64,000 nt of DNA. Origin: an uncultured Spirochaetales bacterium. Lineage in GTDB: Bacteria > Myxococcota_A > UBA9160 > SMWR01. Location of the stretch: assembly GCA_964653555.1 (NCBI GenBank), contig CAZZFT010000009.1, positions 1,040 to 65,039 of the forward strand, given 5' to 3'. Under the pieces are notes generated by a model, which was not told where the DNA came from, did no database searches, and saw only the letters and a program-made list of their open reading frames with translations. This document shows positions 36,493 to 44,904 of this stretch, one piece after another. The position numbers and the translations under genes are program-made. The first letter of the stretch is position 1. Each line of letters starts with the position of its first letter.

Positions 36493-38613
36493 TCACAGGA
36501 ACGGCTGGGCGCGCTCGAGCAGCTCCGCGAGACCCGGCTCCTTCGGATCTCGCGGCTTCCCCGGGTGGATGATGCCGACCTGACAGCTCTCCGCGGCCTC
36601 GACGAGGTCTCGGTAGCTCCCGGCATCGACGTCCGCGATGTAGGCCTGCTTGTTCTCGTCGTAGGCGAACATCTTCGCATTGCGCTGCGTGCACTCGTCG
36701 CAGGTCGTGCAGCGGGCGGTCTCGATGTACGCCTCGTCCGGGTCCCGCAGGGCCGCCGACTCGGCGACCGGCTCCTCCACCCCGACGTCGCGCGTCTCCC
36801 CTCCGCACGGCTCCGGCGCCGCGGATATCGGTGAGCGCTCCTCGCGCTCCTGCTCCCAAGCCGACCGCTCTTCCTCGATCCGACGCCGAAGCCACTCGTC
36901 GCGCACGCCCGTGAGCTCCTGGAGACCGCGCCAGCGCTCGCGACAGCGCTTCGCCGCGCGGATCAGCGCGAGGTCGACGCGGGCCCGCTGCAGCCGGTCC
37001 TCCGCGTCGACGACCCAGACGTAGGGGGACTTGTCGCGGGCGTCGTCCTCGTCGAGCGCGAGATAGTGCGACACGGGCACCAGGCGCTCGTCCCGGTCCT
37101 CCGGTGCGACGCGCTCGAACCAGCGCGCGCAGCGCCGATCGGAGACGGCGAAGTCGACGAAGGTGAACGCGACGTCCTCGCCGCTCCGGCGAAGCGCCTC
37201 GTCCTCGTACTCGAGGCGGAAGATCGGCCAGTCCCGCTCGGGCTGGGGATCGGCCTCGAGGCGGAGGCGATCCCGCCAGCCGCCCCCGGCGTCGGGGTCG
37301 TAGCTGAAGCCGGGAAACGCGCGCGACTCCGTGGCGCTCGCCGCCCGCAGGTAGGGCGGGAGCGCGGGGACCTGCTCGGCAGATCCCACGAACACGCTGA
37401 ACAGCGCCGGGCCCGACCGGGCGAGACCCTCCCGGATGCGATCGTGGACCCGATACAGGCTCGAGCTGGCCGCCTGCAGCACGTAGGGCGCGCCCAGCGC
37501 GATTCCCATCGCGGCCAGAGGGACGCTGGCCGGCCCCTGATCCGACCCGCCGCCGAGCGTGCCGGTCAGGACGTCGTCGCTCGGGAAGAGCACCTTGATC
37601 GGCAGGCCCGAGGCGAGCAGCTCGAGGACCTCCGCCATCTCGCGCGCGCTGCCCGGCTTCGCGGGCAGGGTGACCAGGTAGGAGGGGAAGCGCGCCAGAT
37701 CCTCCGGCTCGAGCGATGTCTCGTCGAAGCGCGCGAAGAGGGCGTCGTGCTCGGCCTCGCGATAGCGGTTCGCGGCCTCGAGCTCCGCGATCGCCATCGC
37801 GCGCACGAGCTCGGCCATCTCGGCCCTGCGCTCCCGGAAGGCCTCCGCGGCATCAGCGCCGTTGCGGAACGAGAACCCGTGCGGCGACGGATCGCCGCCC
37901 TCCCCCTCGCCCGCACCGGACCTCGCGAAGAAGCGCTGGGACCGGAGCACCGCGAGGGTGGAGCGGATCCGCTCGCGCCGCGCCGTGGAGATCCGCTCCT
38001 CGGGTCGTTCCAGGAGCTCTGACCACGCCCCGAAGTCGAAGCCCTCGGCATGCGTCGCTCCGACGGAGTGCGCGACCACCTGCGGAGCGCGGGCATCCGC
38101 CGACTTCGAGAAGTCGACGGCGAGGATGCCCTCGAGCTTCGAGATCAGACCCTCGAGCTCCTCGCATGCCGCGCGGGCGCGCTCGCGCTCGATCGCGGTC
38201 CACGCGTGCCGCACCAACGCGGCGGCGCCCTCCTCGTCGCAGTCGACGAGCGCTCCGTCCAGGTGCAGCGCCGCACGGGCGCGGCGCAGGCTGTCCTCCA
38301 GCCTCTCCTCCGCGGCTCCGGGCTCGGCGCAGAGCTCTCTCGCGCACAGCTCCCAGAGCGCGTGGAGCGATCCCCTGGCCCCCGCAGCCACTCGCGACCG
38401 GATTCCGGATTCGAGCCGCAGTACGTGCTGGCGCATCCGCTCGCCCGCTGGACCCGGCGGGGCGATCTCCCGGAGCAGCGCGTCGATGGCATCCGAGAGC
38501 GAGCGCGCGAAGTCGTCTCCGGTCGCGTCGTCGGCGAGGATCAGGGGATAGTCGTAACGAAGCCGCGACAGGTCCCGGTAGCCGGCCAGCTGTGCGGAGC
38601 GAAGCGTCGTCAC
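36493..38613 (-). CDS. Uncharacterised 706-aa protein with C-terminal single-cluster ferredoxin domain
   Basis: The GTG start overlaps the korB stop (GTGA). The last ~70 aa are YIETARCTTCDECTQRNAKMFAYDE...LVEAAESCQVGIIHPGKP. The N-terminal 630 aa have no motif I recognise. Confidence 0.7.
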   Translation of the reverse strand: MTTLRSAQLAGYRDLSRLRYDYPLILADDATGDDFARSLSDAIDALLREIAPPGPAGERMRQHVLRLESGIRSRVAAGARGSLHALWELCARELCAEPGAAEERLEDSLRRARAALHLDGALVDCDEEGAAALVRHAWTAIERERARAACEELEGLISKLEGILAVDFSKSADARAPQVVAHSVGATHAEGFDFGAWSELLERPEERISTARRERIRSTLAVLRSQRFFARSGAGEGEGGDPSPHGFSFRNGADAAEAFRERRAEMAELVRAMAIAELEAANRYREAEHDALFARFDETSLEPEDLARFPSYLVTLPAKPGSAREMAEVLELLASGLPIKVLFPSDDVLTGTLGGGSDQGPASVPLAAMGIALGAPYVLQAASSSLYRVHDRIREGLARSGPALFSVFVGSAEQVPALPPYLRAASATESRAFPGFSYDPDAGGGWRDRLRLEADPQPERDWPIFRLEYEDEALRRSGEDVAFTFVDFAVSDRRCARWFERVAPEDRDERLVPVSHYLALDEDDARDKSPYVWVVDAEDRLQRARVDLALIRAAKRCRERWRGLQELTGVRDEWLRRRIEEERSAWEQEREERSPISAAPEPCGGETRDVGVEEPVAESAALRDPDEAYIETARCTTCDECTQRNAKMFAYDENKQAYIADVDAGSYRDLVEAAESCQVGIIHPGKPRDPKEPGLAELLERAQPFL

Positions 38614-39605
38614 GGCGAGCGCTCCGCGCCGGCAGGCCACACCGTGAACCGGTCGAACTCGCCCTCCACTCCCCGGCGAATCCGCTCGGGCGTGCGCACG
38701 CCCTGCGGCCTGCGGAGATCTTCGTAGCACGGCACGGACTCGTCCCGGTACAGGATGCCGACCGGGATCCGGTCTCGCAGCGCGGCGATCTCGCGGGCGC
38801 GCCCGAGGTCCCCGGGGTCGTGCACCTGCTGCCGCGGGCAGGTCTGGGACAGGCCGGGGCCGGGCTGGATCCCGTCCGCGTGCGTCAGCAGCAGGATGCT
38901 CTCCGGGTCGTGCAGCCACGGATCGAAGAGCAACGGCAGGAACTCCGGACAGCGTTGCAGCACGCGGACGAACGAGAGGCCCCTGTGGTGGAAGGCCCGG
39001 GCGAAGATCTCGTGGAAGAGCTCCGGAATCCAATCCACGGACTGTGCGACGAAGGAGACGTTGGCCACCCCGAGCGTGGTGCTGAGCGGGTCGATCGGCT
39101 CCAGCCAAGCGCCCCGCGGCGTGGTGCGGGTGACGAGCCCCTGCGGCGACGTGGGAGAGGCCTGCATCTTGGTCAACCCGAAGATGTGGTTGTCGTGCAG
39201 CACCACAGTCATGTTCATGTTGTATCGGATCGCGTGGATCCAATGGGCGGCCCCGATGCTGCAGCAGTCGCCGTCACCCATGTTCACGAACACGTGCAGG
39301 TCGGGGCGCCGGATCGCGACCCCCTCCGCGATCGGCAGCGCGCGGCCGTGGATCCCGTGGAAGCCGTAGGTCCGCATGTAGTGCGGGAAGCGGCTCGAGC
39401 AGCCGATCCCCGACACGAACACCACCCTCTCGGGCGGAAGCTGCTCCTCGCGGCACAGGCGCTGGATGCCGGCGAGCACCGCGTTGTCTCCGCACCCCGC
39501 GCACCAGCGGGGCGTCGCCGCCTGGTAGTCCTCGAGATCGTAGTGATCCGCCGCGGCCTCGCCGAGGCGCAGACACGTGGGGTTGAAGTGAAACGGCGCG
39601 CTCAC
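38610..39605 (-). CDS. korB: 2-oxoacid:ferredoxin oxidoreductase, beta (TPP-binding) subunit
   Basis: 331 aa, WCAGCGDNAVL, GIGCSSRFP, VNMGDGDCCSIG. The GTG overlaps the korA stop (GTGA) and follows a GGGAGG RBS. Confidence 0.85.
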   Translation of the reverse strand: MSAPFHFNPTCLRLGEAAADHYDLEDYQAATPRWCAGCGDNAVLAGIQRLCREEQLPPERVVFVSGIGCSSRFPHYMRTYGFHGIHGRALPIAEGVAIRRPDLHVFVNMGDGDCCSIGAAHWIHAIRYNMNMTVVLHDNHIFGLTKMQASPTSPQGLVTRTTPRGAWLEPIDPLSTTLGVANVSFVAQSVDWIPELFHEIFARAFHHRGLSFVRVLQRCPEFLPLLFDPWLHDPESILLLTHADGIQPGPGLSQTCPRQQVHDPGDLGRAREIAALRDRIPVGILYRDESVPCYEDLRRPQGVRTPERIRRGVEGEFDRFTVWPAGAERSP

Positions 39606-41476
39606 GATCGCGTTCCTCCCAGCCGCTCGCGGATCGCGCTCTCGATCAAACCGGGCGAAAGCGGCTCCCCCCTCACCTGCCCCCAGCAGTCGATGTCCAC
39701 CAGGCAGCGCGCGCGGAGCAGCCAGCCGAGGTTGGAGTAGCGGCGGTTGTCCTCGTCGACCCACCCGTCTCCGGGGCGGTCGCACCAGTTGTTCTCGGCA
39801 GTCATCACCCGTTCGAAGCGCTGCATGGCCGCCCGGATCCCCGGCGCCATCGGCTGCAGGAAGCGCAGATGCATCGACGACACCCGGTGCCCCTCGGCCC
39901 GCACGCGCGCGACGGCCTCCTCGATCGCGCCCTTCGTGGATCCCCAGCCCACGACCAGTAGGTCGCCCTCCGGGTCCCCGAAGATCGGAGGCGGACGCAG
40001 CGTCTTCTGGAACGCGATCAGCTTTTGGCTGCGGTGTCGGATGGCGTCCTCGTTGACGGTCGGCGCATAGGCGACGTGGCTCTCGCGATCGTGGGCGAGC
40101 CCGGTCACCGTGTGCATGCCGCCCGGTCTCCCCGGCACGAAGCGGGGCGCGAGGCCGGTCCGCTCGTCCCAGTCGTAGGGGGCGGCGCCCTCCGGCACCG
40201 GGCTCTGGTCGACGGGAGGGGCCAGCCATGCATCGTCGAGCTTCGGCCGCGGGAAGGGCTGCTGGGCGGTCGCCAGGCTGGCATCCGAGAGCAGCACCAC
40301 GACGGTGCGCAGCGTCTCGGCGATCTTGCGCGCGGTGATCACCGAGTGGAAGCAGTCCTCCACGTCCGAGGTGGCCATCACGACCTTCGGGGCGTCACCG
40401 TGGCTGCCGAAGCACGCGGCGAGCAGATCACCCTGCTCGGCCTTCGTCGGCTGGCCGGTGCTGGGCCCCCCGCGTTGGACGTTGATCACGACGAGCGGGA
40501 TCTCGGCCATGACGGCGAGCCCGATGCTCTCCTGCTTGAGCGAATAGCCCGGGCCCGAGGTGATCGTCACCGCGCAGCGTCCGGCGTAGGAGGCGCCAAT
40601 CGCGAACGCACAGGCGGCGATCTCGTCCTCTGCCTGGTGCACGATGCCACCCATCCGCTCGAACGCCTCGCTCAGATAGTGGGAGACCGAGGTGGCGGGC
40701 GTGATCGGGTACATGGCGCAGACGTCCATGCCCGACGCCATCACCCCGAGCGCGAGCGCCGTGTTCCCGTTCACGACCAGACGCGGCTCGCGGATCGGCG
40801 CGGCCGAGATCCGGAAGGCGAGATCGAGGTTGGCCCTGGCCCACTCCCAGCCGGCGTCGAGCAGGCGCTGGTTGGTGGCGATCACCTCCTCGGACTTGCT
40901 CGCGAAGGTCGTGGCCACCTGGCGTCGCGCCCGCTCGCGGTCGAGCCCGTAGATCCGGCACAGAAGACCCAGCGCGAACATGTTCTTCCCGCGCCGCGGG
41001 TCGTCGATGTGCTTGCGACACTCGACCTCGATCGGTACCTCGTAGACACGATGCCCACGCTCGACCAGCTCGGCGTGCGCCGCGGCGTAGGAATCGGCGA
41101 TCTCCCGGTTGGCGTGCGTCCGCCACTTGTTCTCGATGAGCACGATGCATCCGGACGCCAAGTGATCGATCCGCCCGAGCAGCACCTTCTCGTTGAAGCT
41201 CACCACCAGATTCGCCGCATCGCCGCCGTTGCGGACGTCGCCGGCGCCGATCCGCACGCGAATCCCGCTGGCTCCAGCGATGCTCCGCGCCGGCGGCTGG
41301 ATCTCCGCCGGAATGATCTCGACGGTCCAGACTCCGTTGCCCATCGCCGCGGCAATCGAGGCGAACGACTGGCCGCATTTCTGCGCCCCCTCGCCGGAGT
41401 CGCTGATGACCTCGAGCACGTGCTCGTCGATCACCTCGGGCGCCTTCCCGCTCGACTTCGCTCGCGTCCTCGCCAT
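39602..41476 (-). CDS. korA: 2-oxoacid:ferredoxin oxidoreductase, fused gamma/alpha subunit
   Basis: 624 aa. N-terminal gamma-like part (ISDSGEGAQKCGQSFA) followed by the alpha part (YPITPATSVSHYL, QAEDEIAA). Alternative ATG at 41491. Confidence 0.85.
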   Translation of the reverse strand: MARTRAKSSGKAPEVIDEHVLEVISDSGEGAQKCGQSFASIAAAMGNGVWTVEIIPAEIQPPARSIAGASGIRVRIGAGDVRNGGDAANLVVSFNEKVLLGRIDHLASGCIVLIENKWRTHANREIADSYAAAHAELVERGHRVYEVPIEVECRKHIDDPRRGKNMFALGLLCRIYGLDRERARRQVATTFASKSEEVIATNQRLLDAGWEWARANLDLAFRISAAPIREPRLVVNGNTALALGVMASGMDVCAMYPITPATSVSHYLSEAFERMGGIVHQAEDEIAACAFAIGASYAGRCAVTITSGPGYSLKQESIGLAVMAEIPLVVINVQRGGPSTGQPTKAEQGDLLAACFGSHGDAPKVVMATSDVEDCFHSVITARKIAETLRTVVVLLSDASLATAQQPFPRPKLDDAWLAPPVDQSPVPEGAAPYDWDERTGLAPRFVPGRPGGMHTVTGLAHDRESHVAYAPTVNEDAIRHRSQKLIAFQKTLRPPPIFGDPEGDLLVVGWGSTKGAIEEAVARVRAEGHRVSSMHLRFLQPMAPGIRAAMQRFERVMTAENNWCDRPGDGWVDEDNRRYSNLGWLLRARCLVDIDCWGQVRGEPLSPGLIESAIRERLGGTRS

Positions 41477-41501
41477 CCGATCCTTGCCCATCCTTCCGAT
41501 C

Positions 41502-43013
41502 TCACGCCACGCGCAGGCGCACGAAGTTGCGCTCCGCCGGGTCGATCCCGAAGCGCCTGCCCTCACCGTCCGTCATCGCCGGCCGATAGATGCGATTCGT
41601 ATCGCGAATGCCCAGGTAGGCTTTCATGCTGCGCGCGGCCCGACGGCCCGCGCCCATCGCGAGGATCACCGTTGCCGCGCCCGTAACGATGTCGCCCCCT
41701 GCGTACACGCCGGCGAGCGAGGTTGCGAGGTTCTCGTCGGTGCGGATGTAGCCCCGCTCGTCGAGCTCGAGCTTCGATGTCTGGCCCAGGACCGGGTTCG
41801 CGTTGGTGCCGATCGCGTAGACGACCGTCTGCACCTCGACCTCGTACTCACTGCCCTCGATCGGGACCGGACGCCGTCGCCCCGACTCGTCGGGATCGCC
41901 GAGCTCCGTCCGCTGGCAGCGGACCGCGCGCACCACCCCCTCCTCGTCGCCCAGGATCTCCACGGGGGTGGTGAGCCAGTGGAAGTCGATGCCCTCCTCC
42001 TCCGCGTGGTGGAGCTCCTCCTCCCGCGCCGGGCTCTCGTCGCGGCTGCGCCGGTAGAGGCAGCTCACCCGCTGCGCACCGGAGCGGAGCGCCACCCGCA
42101 TCGCGTCCATCGCGGTGTTGCCCGCCCCGATCACCGCGACGTGGGCGCCGAGCTCGAGGGGCGTGTCGTACTTCGGGAACTCAGTGGCTCCCATCAGATT
42201 GCAGCGGGTCAGGAGCTCATTGGCCGAGAGCACGCCGTGAAGCGACTCGCCCGAGATGCCCATGAAGCTCGGATAGCCGGCCCCACTCGCGATGAACAGC
42301 GCGTCGAAGCCGAGCTCTCCGAGCAGCTGATCGAGGGTGAACAGCCGCCCGATCAGCGTGTTGCACTCGATCCGCACACCGAGCCGCTTCAGGTTGTCGA
42401 TCTCCGCGTCGATCACGGCGTTCGGCAGCCGGAACTCGGGAATCCCGTAGCGGAGCACACCGCCCGGCGCGTGCAGAGCCTCGAAGATCGTGACCTCGCA
42501 GCCGGCCTTCGCCATGTCGGCGGCGCAGGCCATCCCGGCGGGACCCGAGCCCACGATGCCGACCTTGAAGCCGGTGGAGGCGATGTAGGGGCGGCTGCTC
42601 CACCCCTCGGCGATCGCCAGGTCGCCGACCCAGCGCTCCAGCCGACCGATCGCCACCGGCTCCAGCGTGTCGCCGACCGTGCAGACGCCCTCGCACTGGT
42701 CCTCCTGCGGACACACGCGTCCACAGACCGCGGGGAGGAGGTTCGCGTCACACAGCACGTCGTAGGCGCCGCGGAAGTCCTTCTCGTTGATCCGCCCGAT
42801 GAAGCCCGGAATGTCGATCGCCACCGGACAGGCGTCGACGCAGGTAGGGTGCTCGCAGAGCAGGCAGCGCTGGGACTCGATCAGCGCGTCCTCCGGGCGG
42901 TAGCCGAGCGCCACCTCCTCGAAGTTGTGCACCCGCTCCGCCGCCGGCTGCTCGGGAATCGGCGTACGCTGCTGGGGAATGGTGCGGATGGTCCTCTTCT
43001 TCGGTCTCGCCAT
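41502..43013 (-). CDS. GltD/NfnB/SudA-type NAD(P)H oxidoreductase (glutamate synthase small-subunit-like)
   Basis: 503 aa. Two Cys clusters (CLLCEHPTCVDACP, CGRVCPQEDQCEGVC). GIVGSGPAGMA and VIGAGNTAMD dinucleotide folds. Confidence 0.8.
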   Translation of the reverse strand: MARPKKRTIRTIPQQRTPIPEQPAAERVHNFEEVALGYRPEDALIESQRCLLCEHPTCVDACPVAIDIPGFIGRINEKDFRGAYDVLCDANLLPAVCGRVCPQEDQCEGVCTVGDTLEPVAIGRLERWVGDLAIAEGWSSRPYIASTGFKVGIVGSGPAGMACAADMAKAGCEVTIFEALHAPGGVLRYGIPEFRLPNAVIDAEIDNLKRLGVRIECNTLIGRLFTLDQLLGELGFDALFIASGAGYPSFMGISGESLHGVLSANELLTRCNLMGATEFPKYDTPLELGAHVAVIGAGNTAMDAMRVALRSGAQRVSCLYRRSRDESPAREEELHHAEEEGIDFHWLTTPVEILGDEEGVVRAVRCQRTELGDPDESGRRRPVPIEGSEYEVEVQTVVYAIGTNANPVLGQTSKLELDERGYIRTDENLATSLAGVYAGGDIVTGAATVILAMGAGRRAARSMKAYLGIRDTNRIYRPAMTDGEGRRFGIDPAERNFVRLRVA

Positions 43014-43025
43014 GAGCTCCCGGCG

Positions 43026-43865
43026 TCAGCCTCCCGCCGCCTCCCCTTCCTTCTCTGCGCTCCAGACCTCGAGAGCCCGCTGCTCTTGAGGCCTGAAGCG
43101 ACGGAGCCGGCTCATCAGATCGTCGAAGTCGACCTGGTGGCCGTCGAACTCCGGACCGTCCACGCAGGCGAAGCGCACCCGGTCTCCGACGCGCACCCGG
43201 CAGCCGCCGCACATTCCGGTGCCATCCACCATGATGGGATTGAGGCTCACCGTCGTCGGAACGCCGCGGATCCGGGTGGTCTCCGCGCAGGCCCGCATCA
43301 TGACGGGCGGCCCGATCGCGACCACTCGATCGACGTCTCCATGTGCCTCCAGGGCCGCTTCGACGCCCTTCGTCACGAGCCCGCGGATGCCCACCGAGCC
43401 GTCGTCGGTGCAGACGATCAACTCGTCGCTGTACTTCGAGAGCTTCTCCTCCCAGAACATCAATTCGCGGCTCTTGAAGCCGACCACGCCGATCGTGTAG
43501 GCGCCCCTCTGCTTGAAGGCACGCAGCTGCGGAAAGATCGCCGCGATTCCGAGGCCCCCGCCCACGCAGACCACCTTCGAGATCCCGTCGATCTCGCTCG
43601 GGATGCCGAGGGGGCCCACCACGCTGTACAGGCGCGTGCCCGCCCGGCAGCGCCGCTGGATCTCGCGGGTGGTCTTGCCGACCGCCTGGACGACCAGCGT
43701 GATGGTCCCGGCCTCGCGATCGAAGTCGGCGATGGTCAGGGGAATGCGCTCCCCGTGCTCGTGGGAGATCACCACCACGAATTGTCCCGGCGCCGCGGCG
43801 CGCGCCAGCCAGGGGTGGTGGATCTCGAGCAGGTAGGTGACGTCCGAGAAGTCGTCTCGGCGCAC
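43026..43865 (-). CDS. NfnA/SudB/PyrK-type FAD + 2Fe-2S electron-transfer subunit
   Basis: GTG 43865 assumed. PGQFVVV, VVGPLG, CVGGGLGIA, DGTGMCGGCRV. The ORF stays open upstream into an unrelated integrase fragment. Confidence 0.75.
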   Translation of the reverse strand: MRRDDFSDVTYLLEIHHPWLARAAAPGQFVVVISHEHGERIPLTIADFDREAGTITLVVQAVGKTTREIQRRCRAGTRLYSVVGPLGIPSEIDGISKVVCVGGGLGIAAIFPQLRAFKQRGAYTIGVVGFKSRELMFWEEKLSKYSDELIVCTDDGSVGIRGLVTKGVEAALEAHGDVDRVVAIGPPVMMRACAETTRIRGVPTTVSLNPIMVDGTGMCGGCRVRVGDRVRFACVDGPEFDGHQVDFDDLMSRLRRFRPQEQRALEVWSAEKEGEAAGG

Positions 43866-43928
43866 GACCTCGAAGCCGTCGGCGCAGGTGGGCGCCGCGC
43901 GCGCGGCCGGGTAGGTCCGGCAGGCCTC

Positions 43929-44132
43929 CTCCTGCTGCGCGCGTGCCGCGTCGATGCGCTCGCGGAACTCGGCGACCACGGGCCAGCGCGCCTGCCTCGC
44001 CTCCTCGAGGCTCCGGAGGCGGAGCGAGCGGCGAAGGTCGTGGCCGAGCGCGCTACGAAGGCTCGCCGGGACGGCGACCTTCACCCACCAGTTGCCGTTG
44101 CGCTGGAAGAGGTAGCGTCTGTCGCTCGTCGT
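43929..44132 (-). pseudogene. Tyrosine-integrase N-terminal (DUF6538-type arm-binding) fragment
   Basis: DRRYLFQRNGNWWVKVAVPASLRSALGHDLRRSLRLRSLEEARQARWPVVAEFRERIDAAR. No catalytic domain follows, and it is in frame with and directly upstream of the nfnA-like gene. Confidence 0.45.
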
Positions 44133-44277
44133 TCCCACTCCACTCGCCCTCCCCGCTCCTCCTGGGCCTGCGTGTACCTTTCGACCGAGGCCGGCTCGCG
44201 CGCCTGTACCTTTCCCGTTGCAACCCCTGTACCCGCGGCATCGGCCACACGACCCCGCGACCCGGCTCCGGACGGTG

Positions 44278-44309
44278 TCGATGCCCCAATCGAGGGCCTC
44301 GATGCCCCA
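44278..44309. repeat. Direct repeat TCGATGCCCCA (x2) flanking the palindrome ATCGAGGGCCTCGAT
   Basis: Read directly: tcgatgcccca-atcgagggcc-tcgatgcccca. Lies ~150 nt upstream of the integrase fragment. Function unknown (arm-site or att-like?). Confidence 0.35.
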
Positions 44310-44640
44310 CCCCTCGGCCCGGGCGAGGCGGAGTGCCACAGGAGCGCGGGAGCCCGCGATCAGCCGGCCTCGCTCCAGGTTAGTTCCGCGCGACGGTGTT
44401 CCGCAGGTGCAGTCGAGCAGACGCCAAGATCGGCGTGGGTTCATGTGGTTCCCTCCACGAGGTTGCCGATTGACTTCGATGCAACGCGTCGAAGCAAATC
44501 GGGAACTACATCGGGAGGTCAGCGGTATGAAAAATGGCCTCTGGAGTAGTGTGATCGCGGCGTGCCTGGTGATGTGTTCCTTGCCAGCGATTGCCCAGAA
44601 CAGTCAAACGTAAAAACGCCAGATACCCGCTGCGGGGTTT

Positions 44641-44710
44641 CGCCGCGGGTTCAGTTGACGTGATGCCACGTCTCGGCCCCGGCGAGAATCCGGCTTGTAC
44701 TGCCTATCCT
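44641..44710 (-). repeat. Copy 3 of the terminal repeat, inverted orientation
   Basis: The reverse complement reads aggataggcagtacaagccggattctcgccggggccgagacgtggcatcacgtcaactgaacccgcggcg. The terminus is at 44710 and the interior points to lower coordinates. Confidence 0.8.
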
Positions 44711-44904
44711 AGAACCGCGCGCAGCTTCCACCAGTCCTGCATGCGCGGGGGCTACTACCAGTTCGGTGGGCCGACTGCTACGGCGCGTGTGCTCGATCGC
44801 TCGCTCGAAGCTCCCGTACCCGCAGGGTGTTCTTGACCTGGGTTGACCATCGGTGTTACACGGAAACGCGTGGTCAACACCGTCGTGACCCGAGGAGGTT
44901 TCCC

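Noticed and set aside
44150-44440. tRNA or tmRNA gene as integration target next to the integrase fragment
   Set aside because: I looked on both strands for T-loop-like GGTTCGAAT/GGTTCAAAT and a CCA-proximal acceptor pattern and found none. A proper scan (tRNAscan-SE/ARAGORN) is still advisable.
44133-44444. Cys-rich N-terminal 100 codons of ORF 43026-44444 (CTCGTPSRG...SCGRCRGYRGCNGKG) as a zinc-binding domain
   Set aside because: The composition is typical of translated GC-rich non-coding DNA. No recognisable zinc-finger spacing is present, and the segment contains direct and palindromic DNA repeats.
41193-44549. Very long ORFs (1118 aa here; also 7574-10405, 6588-9683 N-terminal part, 59995-63666 N-terminal part, 4092-6473, 50666-52960, 57094-58839) that might suggest giant novel proteins
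   Set aside because: They lie antisense or out of frame to genes with clear motifs. Their translations are monotonous Arg/Pro/Gly/Ala/His strings. Open shadow frames of this kind are expected in DNA this GC-rich.
30360-44720. Target-site duplication flanking the inverted repeat pair
   Set aside because: The flanks read ...cggcgatcagg|AGGATAGG and CCTATCCT|agaaccgcgc. No direct repeat of 2-10 bp is evident, so a simple recent insertion is not supported.
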